The notes beneath the pieces are model-generated. The model worked only from the letters and a program-made list of their open reading frames with translations. It did not search any database and was not told the DNA's origin. Shown here one piece after another: positions 13,890-27,299 of a stretch of 64,000 nt of DNA. This stretch comes from Octopus vulgaris (taxonomy: Eukaryota): contig OX597827.1 of NCBI GenBank assembly GCA_951406725.2, positions 1,674,001-1,738,000 of the forward strand, in the 5' to 3' direction. The translations under genes were made by a program, and so were the position numbers. Positions within the stretch are counted from its first letter, which is position 1, and each line of letters begins with the position of its first letter.

Positions 13890-14867
13890 ATATATATATA
13901 TATATATGTTTATATATATAAACACATGGACATGCATTTGACAGGATTTCCACACAGTTTCCACCAACCAAGTTCACTGACAAGGCATTGATTGGATTAG
14001 GCTGCTATAGTAGAATACACCTGCCCAAGGTACAGCATAGTGGGATCGAAACCTGACTGAGATGGCTCAAAACAAGCTGCCCAACCACACAGCCATGCCT
14101 GCATCCTTACAAGCATTTCAATAAATAATTACACTTTACTTTAAGTATTGAGTGCATTTTTCTCCAGTATGCAGACCCACACATTGACCCCTGCATAGAT
14201 ATATAGATGTATGCTTATTTGTTTGTCCAGGAATGTATGTTCATGTATGTTTGTATGAATGAGCATATTTATGTATGTATGTATATATGTATGTGTGTTT
14301 ATGTATATACATATGTATAAGTATATTTATACCTATAAACAAAGTTGTATTTATCATGTCACATCAAAATATATTGTTTTTATTTTCAAGAAGGTGTGTC
14401 TTAGTGGTGTGTGTGTTTGTGTTTGTGTGTGTGTGTGCTTGAGTGTGTGTGTGTGTGCTTGTGTGTGTGTGTGTGTGCTTGTGTGTGTGTGTGTGTTCTT
14501 TTGTATATTTATGTATTTGAGCATGTATGTGTATGTCTGTGTGTATGCAATGTGTTTCTCATGTGTAGGCGCTGCTGTGGTTGACAGGTGTGTATTTCGG
14601 GTTGAACAGACAGACAGAAAGGCACATACACAAACGGAGATAGACTAATAGCCAAACAGGGCTTCACATACACATGTGTATGTGTGTATGTGCATGTATA
14701 TGTGTCTATGAGTGTGTGTGTGTATGTATGTGTACATGTGTGTATGTGTATGTATATATGGACAATTAGCTAGATAAGGCTTGATATACACGTATGTTGA
14801 TGTGTATATGTGTGTGAACATATGTATATATTGATAAATAGATGGATATACATATATATATATATGT

Positions 14868-14923
<56 letters not shown>

Positions 14924-14924
14924 G

Positions 14925-14969
<45 letters not shown>

Positions 14970-15113
14970 TATCAAATATGTATGCACTCACGTATACATA
15001 TATATTTTTTATATACACATGCTCACATACATTGAGAAAGAGAGAGAGAGAGAGAGAGCAAGAGAGAAGGAGAATGAATAAAAAGTCTGATTGATAATTG
15101 CAGTGATTGAATG

Positions 15114-15147
<34 letters not shown>

Positions 15148-15576
15148 GTATGTATATATCTATATATACATAGATATATATACATAAATATACATACACA
15201 CACACACATGCATATATATTTATATAATATGTATACATTTGTTGGTATAAAGGTATGAAGGTATCAGTTGTTGATTTTTCCGTTAACTCTCTACACAATA
15301 TATTCTCTATAACAAGGTCCAATCCTCTCCGCACACACAACACCACGACAGCCAACATCGACACTGACTGTGTGTGATCTCTGAGACAAACACACGTACA
15401 CACACAATACGTATTGAATCCATCACAAACTTGGTAGGACTCTTGACAAACACACACAGACACACGCATGCTCACACTCACGCATGAATTCACAAACACA
15501 CACCACATTACGCTCAAAGAAGACTTGGTACAACCGTCATTCATGTATATCATACAAACACACGTACACATACATA

Positions 15577-15622
<46 letters not shown>

Positions 15623-15725
15623 ATATATACATACACATACACACTAATGTACACATTCGATAAAAACCGTGGTATGACCTTCATGCAACACACTCTCATG
15701 TATACACTTATACACTTATGAACAG

Positions 15726-15760
<35 letters not shown>

Positions 15761-17910
15761 TACATGCTTGCGAACATACAATACTACCGAGACAAAAACT
15801 TAGTATGACTCTTGACACACCATACATACACACGTAGTGCCACAGACATGCATGTGCATGCACACACACACAAACACACACACACACATACACACAAACA
15901 CACATACACACACACATACACACATACACACACACACTTACACACATACACATACACACACACAAACTTGCAGCGCTACACACACTACCAGTGCACACAA
16001 ACACACAAACACACATACATACAAATACACACATACACACACCACAAACACACATACATGCACATACATACACAAACGCACACTCATACACACACACGCA
16101 TTTACAAATGCACAGCACCAGACGCATGCACATGTGCAACAATGCCTTGACAAATAATTAGTGCGACCCTTGACACTGCACACGTACACATGCATACAAC
16201 AGCACCAGACACATGTACGCAGACACTACATTATACACACAGATTCACACGCATACACAGACAATGCTACAGCACTAGACACACATACACATGAAGCACT
16301 ACACATAGACATACACACACACATGCTCATTCACATGCACGGCACTATTTTTGACAAAAACGGGATACAATCGTTCTCACACACACAAGCACAAACACAC
16401 ACACACACGAAACACTAGCTTGGCAAAAACTTAGTGGACAAATCATATGCACTCACACACAGACAAACACATATACACACACAGACACACAGATACACAC
16501 ACGCAGCACTCCACATGCATACTTACACACAAACACACACTCACATATAAACATACATACACAATTGGACATCTACTCTCAGCGTGGCATGACTCTTCAC
16601 ACACACGCACACACATACACACACAGCACTATACATACACATATACATGTGCACATAGGCACACATACACACTTACATGCATACATAGACACACACATGC
16701 AAGGCTGCATTTACTCTAGGCATGGCATATCTTCATACCTTAACTCTTCACACACTCATACACACTAACACAAACACAAACACGCAAACACAAACACACA
16801 CATGCAAGCACTCACATACACTACACGATCACACACACACACACAACACTACACACATATACATGCATTCACCAAAAACCAAAAAAAAAAAGATGCAACA
16901 CAACAGGATCCCCACACAATTCTTCAACACAACATTGTACCGACGACCACAGGCGTGATAACCGACACACCCACACAGCATGACCTTTGACACATACAAG
17001 CACACACAAGCATACACATACATACACATCTCTAAATGAAACTAACAAGTCTGGGAACCAACTTTGCGTCTCTGATTACAATAGTTCAAAGCAATATTAA
17101 CTGCAATTGTTTTTATTTATATTTCTCAGATATTTTTTTCATTTTGATTTAAAAATGAAGAAAGAAAAAAATCAGTTTGGAATGAGGTAAAATATATAAG
17201 AATTTTTTAAAGAAAAAAAGTAATAAAGATACCAAGAAAAATATTGTTTTTGTAGTTGTTATTGTTGAAACATAAGTAAATTTTTAACTCACCGAAGCTC
17301 TGGCTGGATGTAAACGTTATCTTCTCAATGTAAAGCTTAGTTTGAGAGGAGCGTATCCTTCTTTAGAGTTCTGTTGTACAACTGACTGCCGGCTGCTGTT
17401 GTAGTTACGGTTATGGGAGTGGGTGTGTGGCTGCGTATGTGCATGGGTTTATCTGTGCAGGAGTGCTCGCGTGTGTGTGTGGGTTTGTGTATGTGTCTGC
17501 GTATGTATTTGTGTGTGTGTGTGCGTGTCCACGTGCATGTGTGTGGGTGTGAGTATGTTTATGTATGTATGTATGTGTGTGCATGTGTCTGTGTGTCTGT
17601 GTGTATGTGTATACTTTTAATGCTTGTTGTGTTTGATGCTTATGTATCAGTGTAGTGTGTTTGAGTGTGTGTGAATGTGTGTCTTTATGTATGTGTATGC
17701 ATATAGTGCTTGTGTGTGTGTGTGTTTTGAGTGTGTGTGCCTATGTGTGTCTATACAGTGCTGTGACAGTATATCTATGTATATATATATATCTGTATGT
17801 GTGCATGTTTGTATGTGTCAATATGCATATGTATATCTATCTATGTGTGTATATATATACATTTATATATGTATATATATATAATATATAATCATATATG
17901 TAAGTATGTA

Positions 17911-17949
<39 letters not shown>

Positions 17950-18652
17950 TTATCTATCTATGTATGTATCTATCTATCTACCTACCTATCTGTGTATCTA
18001 TCTATCCATCTCTCGCTTCCTCTCTCTCTCTATATATATATATGTGTGTGTGTGTATGTGTATATACATATATGTATATATATTCTATCTATATCTACGT
18101 GTGTGTGTGTAAGTATATATATATATGGATATATGTACAGATATATATATGTGTGTGCGTGTGTATAGGTGTGGTAATCTGTATGCACTACTTTTGGTGT
18201 TCTCTTACATGTAGCATTTGTGCGTGATGTTTGATCTGTGTATACATGTGTGTGTATGTGTGTGTGTATGTGTGAGTGTGTGTGTGTGTGTGTGCGTGTG
18301 TATGTGTGTGTGTGTGTGTGTATGAGACTAGCAGAGAATGAGAGACAAAAAGAATGAGAGAGAGGGGCGGAAGAAATCCATGGAGCGAGCAAAGAAAAGA
18401 AAGTTCTGTGTGTTTGTGGTGGAGGTCGGGTGGGGGTTAGTGGGAAGGGATTGGAATAGAGAAGAAAGATGAGGAAGAGAGAGAGAGAGAGAGGCAAAGA
18501 GAGAGAGAGAAGGAAGAATAGAGGAAGAGATAGTGTGAGGGGGAGAACTTCTGTTGCGATATATCAATATCTATCAATCTGTTCCGTATCATTCTATAAT
18601 TACTGACACACAGACACATACATACACACACAGATATATATTTCTAACATAC

Positions 18653-18683
<31 letters not shown>

Positions 18684-18830
18684 TACACACACATATGATT
18701 ATATGGGTATTTGTACGCATATATCTATACATGTATGTATATATATGTGTATATATATTTCTATATACATATATGTGATATATGTATGTATGCATGTATT
18801 TATCTCTCTACATATCTCTCTCTGTATCTA

Positions 18831-18871
<41 letters not shown>

Positions 18872-19022
18872 GTAAGTATGTATACATATACACATACAGA
18901 CATATATAAACACATGCATGTTATGAGTGAGTGTGTGCAAGAGCCATGTACTTGTATGCTTGTGTTTGTGTGTGTACATGTATACACACATATACACACA
19001 TACTAATAACATGTAGACATAC

Positions 19023-19068
<46 letters not shown>

Positions 19069-19238
19069 GTATATATATATATATATGTATGAATATATAT
19101 AAGTATATAAATATATATATATAAAGACACACAATGCACATATACTTAGATAGGAGTTTGCGTGAGAGTGCATGTAGCTGTGTGTGCTTGTATGGTTCTG
19201 TATGTGTGTAAATGCATATACACACACAAACAAACACA

Positions 19239-19280
<42 letters not shown>

Positions 19281-19471
19281 TGAACAGATAGAAAAACAGA
19301 AGCAGATTAAGATGGATGAAGATATAAAGATAGAGATGCCAATACATATATTGAAAAATGTATTAGAAGACAAGTGGTGGTGGGTGTGGTGGGGGTGGAG
19401 GTGAGGGACATTCATAGATGTGTGTGAGGGTGTATGTATACGTATATCTAACTATACATACACACACACAA

Positions 19472-19509
<38 letters not shown>

Positions 19510-19547
19510 CTAGTTAGATAAATAGTTAGATAGATAGATAGGCTGGT

Positions 19548-19609
<62 letters not shown>

Positions 19610-19977
19610 CAAACAGACGGATAGATAAATTAATAGACAGGAAGACAGAAAGACAGACAGACAGTTAGATAGATAGATAGATAGATAGATAGATACATAT
19701 ATACATACACACACATACATAGATAGACACAAACACATACATACATACATAGACAGAGAGATGGATAGATGCATACACAGGAGGGCTAAACATAGAGGAG
19801 ACAAACAAGGTCAGACAAAGGGATAAAGTCGATTGCATCAACCCTAGTGTGTAACTGGTACTTATTTAATCGACCCCGAAAGGATGAAAGGCAAAGTCAA
19901 CCTCAGCGGAATTTGAAATCAGACTGTAATGGCAGACGAAATATATAATATATATATATATATATATTTATTTATTT

Positions 19978-20252
19978 ACTGGCACTTGTGCCGGCGTGCA
20001 GGTGACACGTAAAAAAACACGACTTTTTCGTGGCCATTGCCAGTACCGCTTGACTGGCCCTCATGCTGGTGGCACGTAAAAGCACCCAGTACACTCTCAG
20101 AGTGGTTGGCATTAGGAAAGGCATCCAGCCGTAGAAACTCTGCCAGATCAAGATTGGAGCCTGGTGCAGTCATCTGGTTCGCCAGTCCTCAGTCAAATCG
20201 TCTAACCCATGCTAGCATGGAAAGCGGACGTTAAACGATGATGATGATGATG
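19978..20252 (+). mobile_element. RTE LINE 3'UTR copy ending in (GAT)n
   Basis: Ends 'cccatgctagcatggaaagcggacgttaaacgatgatgatg' and is the reverse complement of the family at 37936 and 46692. Confidence 0.75.
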
Positions 20253-20339
20253 AGTCTGAGGTCATGCTGGAAGATTAGTGGAAGTATAACGTTACCATCA
20301 CTAGTGATCACTCCAAGCACCATGATGTTGACTGGATGT

Positions 20340-20600
20340 TTGATTTTTATCACTCTGGGTATGATTTTTATCCCATCCGACATGATTTTTATCACTCACA
20401 GCATGATTCTTATCACTTCTGGCATGAATACCAAGCAGTGCAGCATGTCGTTTCCAAATTTCTGTCATGCTGCTGTTTTTCTCACAGACGGTGCCCAACT
20501 GACCCTACTATACTGCATGGTTGGCAAAATCCAAAACTAACAACGCACATGCGTGGAATTGAAAGTATGAAATGGCAACAATTTACTCATTGCACCCTGT
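20340..20600 (-). mobile_element. 5' remnant of a maT/Tc1-like transposon with four 21-bp tandem units
   Basis: TIR-like tacagggtgc at ~20600. Minus peptide MTEIWKRHAALLGIHA resembles the N-terminus of the 27300 element (QEMKKHAAIVVIKV). Units atgatttttatcac... span 20340-20423. Confidence 0.5.
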
Positions 20601-20734
20601 ATATATATATTCAAATCAAATGAACAAATAGTCAATTGAAATAAACAAACAAATCTAATAAAAGAACAGAAAAGAATGAATGTGGGGACATGTAGGAGAA
20701 AGGTATTAGCTTGATGCTCAGTGGAAGGAGAGAG

Positions 20735-20767
20735 TTTGATGTTTCGAGCATAGCTCTTCATCAGAAA
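20735..20767 (-). ncRNA. Minimal hammerhead ribozyme (PLE 3' region)
   Basis: Minus strand ttt-CTGATGA-a-gagc tat gctc-GAAAC-ATC-aaa, where ATC is probably CpG decay of GTC. Confidence 0.8.
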
Positions 20768-20942
20768 GAAGAAAGAGAAAAGGACACAGATGGAGAAGAA
20801 ATCACTAACAGCATACATGTAGTAAGATATATATATATATATATAATGGGAAGGTTTACGAAAATAAACAAAAGACGAAGGCAGGTGGAGTACAAACAAG
20901 CAAATGTATTAGTATAGCGCTCGGGAATAGAAATAGAACAAG

Positions 20943-20980
20943 TCTTTTGCGTTTCGAGCCTATGCTCTTCGTTAGAAAGA
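20943..20980 (-). ncRNA. Minimal hammerhead ribozyme, second copy (decayed)
   Basis: Minus strand tcttt-CTAACGA-a-gagc atag gctc-GAAAC-GCA-aaaga. Stem I is 5 bp and there are two core mutations. Confidence 0.7.
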
Positions 20981-22997
20981 TATACAGAAAAGAAACAAGG
21001 AGAGAAAAAAAATGTGTGTAGGAGCTAACGGTTCATCATGGAGTTCTGACTTCAGGCAGAAGTCAGAGGTCAGAGGTCAGAGGTCAGAGGTTAGACGCTA
21101 GAGGGATAGTAGGGGAGATAACAGGGTCAAGTGACTTCGCCCTAACATGAAGGTGCGTGCGTGTATAAGAAAGTATGTATGTGCATGTGAAAGAGGGCTG
21201 GTGGTCTGAATGTGTGTATGTATGTATGTGTGGGTGTGGGGATATGGGGATGGGAGTGTGGATGGTGTGTTGTGATATGATATGTGTATGTATGTGTAGG
21301 TGTAAAGATGTGGGGATGGGTGTGTGGGCCGTGTGCTGTGGGTGGTGTGTTGTGATGTGATGTGTAATGTGGGCGGTGTGCTGTGGGCGGTGTGCTGTGG
21401 GTGGTGTGTTGTGATGTGATGTGTGGGTTCGGCTGGGGGTTGGGGTAGAGTGGTGGTTGTGGGGAGAGTGAGGGGGAGAGAAGAGAGGAGGGGAGGAGGG
21501 GAGGGAGAGAGGAGATGAGGGGAAGAGAGGAGGAGGAGGAGGGAGAGGAGGGAAGGGGGAGAGAAGGGGAGTGAGGGAGCAGAGAGAAAGAGAGAAGGGG
21601 AAGAGGGAAGAAAAAAGAAGAAAGAAGAAGAGGGAAGAAGGGAAAGAAGGGAAAGAGACTAGGGGTGAAAAGATGAAGGACTCAAGAGAAGTAGGAGTCG
21701 GGGAGGGGAGGTTAGATGAAAAGGGGGGAGAGTTGAGCCCAAATGGCATAAAAGAGCGAAGAGAGAAGATTAATCCCTGTTCATGGTGCAGGCGGGAATC
21801 CGGATGGCCTCTGTGCAAGGACAATCCGAACAGAGACAGGTGTTGCGAGGAGTGACCGGTGGAGCGGAAATGGCATGAGACTGGTGTGTCATTGGCGAGG
21901 TGGATGTCTCGGAGGTGCTCCGCAAACCGGTCAGCCAAGTGGCGTCCCTTTTGTCCGATGTACAGAGAATGGCAGAGAGAGCAGGAGATGCAATAGATGA
22001 TATTGCTGGAGGTGCAGGTGAAGGAGTCGATGATGCGATAGGGTCGATGATGGGTGCCGTGAGGAGGGTGGTGTTGGAGAGGTAAGGGCAACTGTGGCAA
22101 CGTGGGAGGGAGCAGGGGAACGAGCCAGGTTGGGAGGTAGGGTCAGGGAAGAAGCTGTGGACCAAGAGGTCTCGTAGGTTACGGGCTCATTTGAAGGAGG
22201 GGAGGGGTCAGTTAGGGAAGAGGTGTGAAGTGGACGGGTTTGACTGGAGATACCAGAAAGCTCGAATAATGGTGCGTTGGAGAGGTAGGGTAGTGGGGTG
22301 GTAAGTGAGGGGAAAAGAGAGGCGGGAGACTGCAGGGTGGGTTCAGGGGGAGAGAGCAGATGCACGGTCTATGGAACGTGCTCTGGCAAGGGCGGTGTGG
22401 ATAGTGGTGAGGGGGTATCCACGTAGGACAAAGTGGCGAGCCATGAGTTGAGACTGAGTCTCAAAGTCATGGTCGTCACTACAGAGCCTACGTAAATGGA
22501 GGAATTGGGAATAGGGGATGGAAAGCTTGGTGTGTTTGGGGTAGGAAGAAGAGAAGTTTAGGTATGAGTGTGAGTCTGTGTGTTTGTAGTGAATGGAGGT
22601 GGTAAGAGTGGAGTGATGAATGCTGACCAAAATGTCGAGGAAGGAGACATAGGTGTTGGAGATAGTGGAGGTGAAGTGGAGGGCAGGATGGAAGGATTGA
22701 ACGAAAGAGAGGAAGGAATCTAGATGTTCACGGGAGAGTGAGGTGGCACCAATAATGTCATCAATGTAACGACTGTATAGTTCGGGAGTGGGACTAGTGA
22801 AACTAGAGAATATTTGGGCCTCAACATAGCCAACGAACAGGTTTGCATAGTTGGGGCCCATTCGCGTTCCCATGGCCACTCCCGAGAACTGTTGGTAGAA
22901 CTCGACCGCAAACGAGAAGCAGTTAAGAGAAAGGACATATATATATATATATGTACATTTATATGTGTGTGTGTGTGTGTGTGTATGAATATATGTA

Positions 22998-23031
<34 letters not shown>

Positions 23032-23830
23032 CATATGTTTATATGCATATATAAATACATATACATACGTACACACACACACTCACACACACATTTAAGT
23101 ATGTATATATATGTATATGTAAATTTATATGTGTACCTGGGAAAGGTAAAATAAAATCAAAATACAGTAACTGAAAACACACACACACCCGCTCACACAC
23201 ATTCACACAGACATACATATAAACTGATATACGCAAACGCATGCACAAACACGTGCACAATGCACACACACAACTATATACCTTCATTTGTGTTAAAATG
23301 TTTGTTCATAAAAGAGTGTGTATTTGTGTGTTTGTGTTTATGTGTGTGTCTGTGGAGTGTGTGTGTGTGGAGTGTGTGTGTGTGTGTGTGGTGTGTGACA
23401 ATGATGGAAACATGTCACAGGCTCCATGCAAGTCAGATGGAGGCAACTGCAGTTAGGATGATGGAGGGTGGTAGTGGTAGGTGGTGGGGTGGGATGTGGT
23501 GGTGGAACTTGTTGGGCGAAAGGGTGACAGTGGGTAGAGAGTGTACTAAATACAAATTAAAGAGTGTATGAGATATAGAGAGAGAATGAGTAAGAGAGAG
23601 GAAGGGGGAGAAAAAGCATAAAGAAAGGGTATATATATGTATGTGAATGTGTGTTTGTACCCCTTGTCCCACAGGGGTAGGGAAATATCATCTCTATTTC
23701 TAAGAGGGCTATCTCTGTCACTCTTTCATAGTCTAACCTCTTGCCTAGCACATGGTCACTTCTCTCAATTCCACTCGCTCTCTCAGTTGAGAGGGCTTCA
23801 TCTTACAAGCTACTTGGTGACCTCCACTGG

Positions 23831-23930
23831 TGCTGGTGCCATGCAAAAAGCTTCCATGCTGGTGTCACATAAAAGTTCCCTATGCTGGTGCCACATTAAA
23901 AGCACCCATGCTGGTGCCATGTAAAAACAC
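23831..23930 (+). repeat. About four 25-bp units tgctggtgccacrtaaaaagcacc
   Basis: Seen directly. Related to part of the RTE 3'UTR unit. Confidence 0.6.
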
Positions 23931-24779
23931 TGATTTATTAAAATTTTCTTTCCTCTAGTTGATGTGGCTGAGATAAAATTGTTGTATCATATTTGATATA
24001 CCTGTATTTGTGTGTGTGTGTGTGTGTGTATAAATATCAAGATTATGATCTTAACTTGAAAAATACTTTACAGTTAATCATTTCATTTGGTACACAGGTA
24101 AATTACAATTTTTTTCCAATTGTTTAATATAGCAATTCAAAAATATCTTCAAAGCAATCCCAAGTATTACAAAATAGCCATAAGCTTAGATTGGCCTTTT
24201 GTCTTTGCAGAAATATTGCACAAATTATAGCAACACATAATGCTAAAATAATATTACGGAGATGTACTTGCACAGCAAGTGCCCTGATTTGAGATCGTAT
24301 GCTGGAATGAAAACAACTGCAGTGGGGAAGATGCAGCATGGATTTTTGTCAGTGAACAGGTCATGGTCTCAAAGTGACGAAAATATTTTGACAAATTAAA
24401 TTTAAATGTTGAAGTGAATCTAACGGATTTTGCGTGTTTCTTAAATGGCTTATAAACACCTTCCATGCTGCAATTGTTAAAATAATATTGAAGTTTCAAA
24501 AATGCGATTATAATCAGAATAGTACAGTAAATATTAAGCATAATAACATCAAACGAAATATTTAAAAAATCTCAAATAGAAGGGAACAATAAGAATTTAA
24601 ATGTCATGGAAAGGGAAACAATTCAATTTAACATAGCTAATAACATATTAATAAATTGAATAAAAGTTCATTTAGGATTAGAACAAAGATAACGTTATCT
24701 GATGGAGTAAATAGTAGTAAAGAACTTGGTGGAAATGAATTTGATTCTACAATGAATGATGAAATTAAAACTAAATCTG

Positions 24780-25485
24780 AGAGAAATATAAAAGGCTATC
24801 TTTGCAGTTGTTCTAAACTGGAATCCTGGTTTGGAAAATAAGTGTAAGATTAAGATGTAATATATAGATATAAGGTTACATTTGGGGCTAAGGAATTCTT
24901 TTACATTGGTGGGATATCATTCATTTTCAAGAGGAGACTAGCAAATCATTTGAGTTCATTTAAAGACAAAAATAAAAAGTTCCAAATGAGTATTAGCAAA
25001 TTAATCTGGTCTTTTAAGGATAATAACAAAGACTATACTATTAAATGGGAATTAATAGGCACTGCAAAACCATACAGACCTCTGGAACCAATAGGTGTGA
25101 CCTCTGTTTAGAAGAATTTTACAGGATTTTCACATCCAAGGTTAATGTAATAAATTCTAGACAAGAACAAGCATTGAGATCCTTGCACAAATGAGGAAAT
25201 TCACATTTGCCAAGTGTAAAGGAATGGTTATCATTTAAACTATACAAGGTTTTGAAATGACGGACTGAAAATGATTATCCAATGAGAACTTGAAATGGAG
25301 ATTGTTCATGTCTAACTTAGGGGACAGCTCTACATCATTCAATGCAGAGTAGATAAAAGAAAATTTTTAAAGGACCAAATTGAAGGATACCAAGTAAAGC
25401 CCCTGAAGAAACTGCATTGGTTTTACAGTAGAACTGCAATTGCTGGTTTCTAATCAAAGCAATTGAAATATATGTTGGTCTTTGT
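24780..25485 (+). mobile_element. PLE 3' fragment: GIY-YIG endonuclease plus hammerhead
   Basis: CSC..(frameshift)..DVIYRYKV..FYIG..FKRRLANHLSSF..SISKLIWSFK..IKWELIGTAKPY..RCDLCLEE..INSRQE. HHR at 25396-25483. Confidence 0.8.
25396..25483 (+). ncRNA. Hammerhead with enlarged, branched stem II (decayed)
   Basis: aaagccc-CTGAAGA-[actg..cagt; aattgct..agcaatt]-GAAA-T-ATAT-GTT-ggtcttt. Stem I pairs 6 of 7. Confidence 0.55.
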
Positions 25486-26362
25486 AAGGTGGTCTTTTAA
25501 ATTAAAGAATTAAAGGTAATGCTATGGAACTTTGTAGTAATCGTAATTATTGATATATATATATATACATACACATAAGTGTGTACATATGTATATATGA
25601 ATATGCATGTATACATATATACACGCATATATGTATACATATAACACAAACATATAAGCATAGGTACAAACACATGCATGCACATATATATGTATATACA
25701 TATACATGTGTATGTGTGTGTGTATTATGCATATTTATATCATATATATATACATATATATATATATATTATATATATATATATGTATGTATGTGTGTAT
25801 GTGTGTATGTGTATGTACAGATGTACAGGTGGTGCTATTAAGTTAGACATGGCCTGGGCCAATAATGGCCGAAACCTATCAAAGTATCAAAGTATCAAAG
25901 TATATATATATAATAGATCAGGATTCCTTTCCTCACTCATAATTTTTCTCTTCCTGCATGGATGTTTAAATGAGTGGATATGTTTTTCTCTTTTCAAAAA
26001 AATTTTCCCCCAGCATTCACTGTTTTCCTCTCATTATGCTTTAACGACCCTCCATGTTTGTTTGCGTTCAGTTTGCATGTTTTCACTGTTATTTTTTGTT
26101 CCCAACTTTGACCCTCCATAAATCCTAAAATTTTTTTAAAAATTTATGCAAGTAACTGTCTTAGAAAACTCATATTGTCATTGAATGCTCGAAATGAGGA
26201 GTAGATAAACAGCTGGCAACTGATGAAGGGTCCTTTTTCTGTGTTAACTTGTCCTGCTTTCCATTTCTTTTTCACATTTCTGTATTTCACTTGTTTTTCC
26301 CTTGTTTATTTACATATTTCATGTTATTTACCCCGTTGGTGACGTCCTGTACCCATATGTGC

Positions 26363-26425
<63 letters not shown>

Positions 26426-26688
26426 TATATATATATTATTTATAATGTATATATATATATTTATATATATATTATATATATTATTTATTATATATATATA
26501 TATATAATTTTTTTAATAAAGAATTAAGGATAAAATCAATTTAATGATTTTATCAAGTCGCCAGCAAGAAATAAAAACCTTACAGATAATATTTTATACT
26601 AATTTACAATTATATAAATAATTATATCAAAGGGTGCGGATTAACTACACCAACATGATAAAAATAGATGCCAAATGGCTCTAAAACT

Positions 26689-26811
26689 ACTTCAATACTC
26701 CATTAGCATGAGTTGTAAGTGAGTACATGAAAAAATTAATAAGATTTTCTGAAAACCTTATTAATTTTCTCCTCTGCCCGCTTACAACCCATGCTACTGC
26801 AGTATTGAAGT
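26689..26811. repeat. About 60-bp imperfect inverted repeat (long hairpin)
   Basis: acttcaatactccattagcatgagttgtaag...attaataagatttt-ctg-aaaaccttattaat...cttacaacccatgctactgcagtattgaagt. Confidence 0.85.
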
Positions 26812-27241
26812 GTTCATCATATAGTAGTAATTGGCATTTAGTTGTGACAATGCTGTCTTCGACATAAATTCCTTATATGGAGCTATGGCATCCCCTTTAC
26901 CCCATTTCTATAATTAGAAAATCTTTATTGTCTCCAATCATTTGTTCTTCCCTCTCAGAACCTTACAGTAGTCTGGAACAACTGAATCTTAGTCAGTCAG
27001 TTGATGGGCTCCATTACCTCATATGTTCTTAAAATTTAAATCCACATCTGTGTCTATATATCTACCTTCTCTATAATGTTGCTACTTGATATGAAAATTT
27101 TTGTATTAATGGAAAACCTCTATAATTGACTGATGAGTGTTCAGCATTTTAAAACTGTTGTAATACTTACAACATTTAATAAATGATGTAGTACGACACG
27201 ATCGTACCAAATTACCGGAGTCATTCTTGTTGCTTATTTTG

Positions 27242-27294
<53 letters not shown>

Positions 27295-27299
27295 ATATA

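Larger units (their letters stand above)
20630..22937 (-). mobile_element. 5'-truncated Penelope-like element (Neptune-type): RT, Cys linker, GIY-YIG and 3' region with two hammerheads
   Basis: RT motifs FYQQFSGVAMGTRMGPNYANLF, YSRYIDDII, VSFLDI and YKHTDSHSYL (22343-22935). Linker PGSFPCSLPRCHSCPY. GIY-YIG FTCTSSNIIYCISCSLC..LYIGQKGR..RFAEH..EQGLIFSL..PFGLN (to ~21730). The reading frame is frameshifted. The left boundary is approximate. Confidence 0.9.

Noticed and set aside
26150-26240. CTGATGA at ~26220 (also 45356 and 54559) and ggcc-GAAAC at ~25860 as hammerheads
   Set aside because: The partner core half or the stems are missing.
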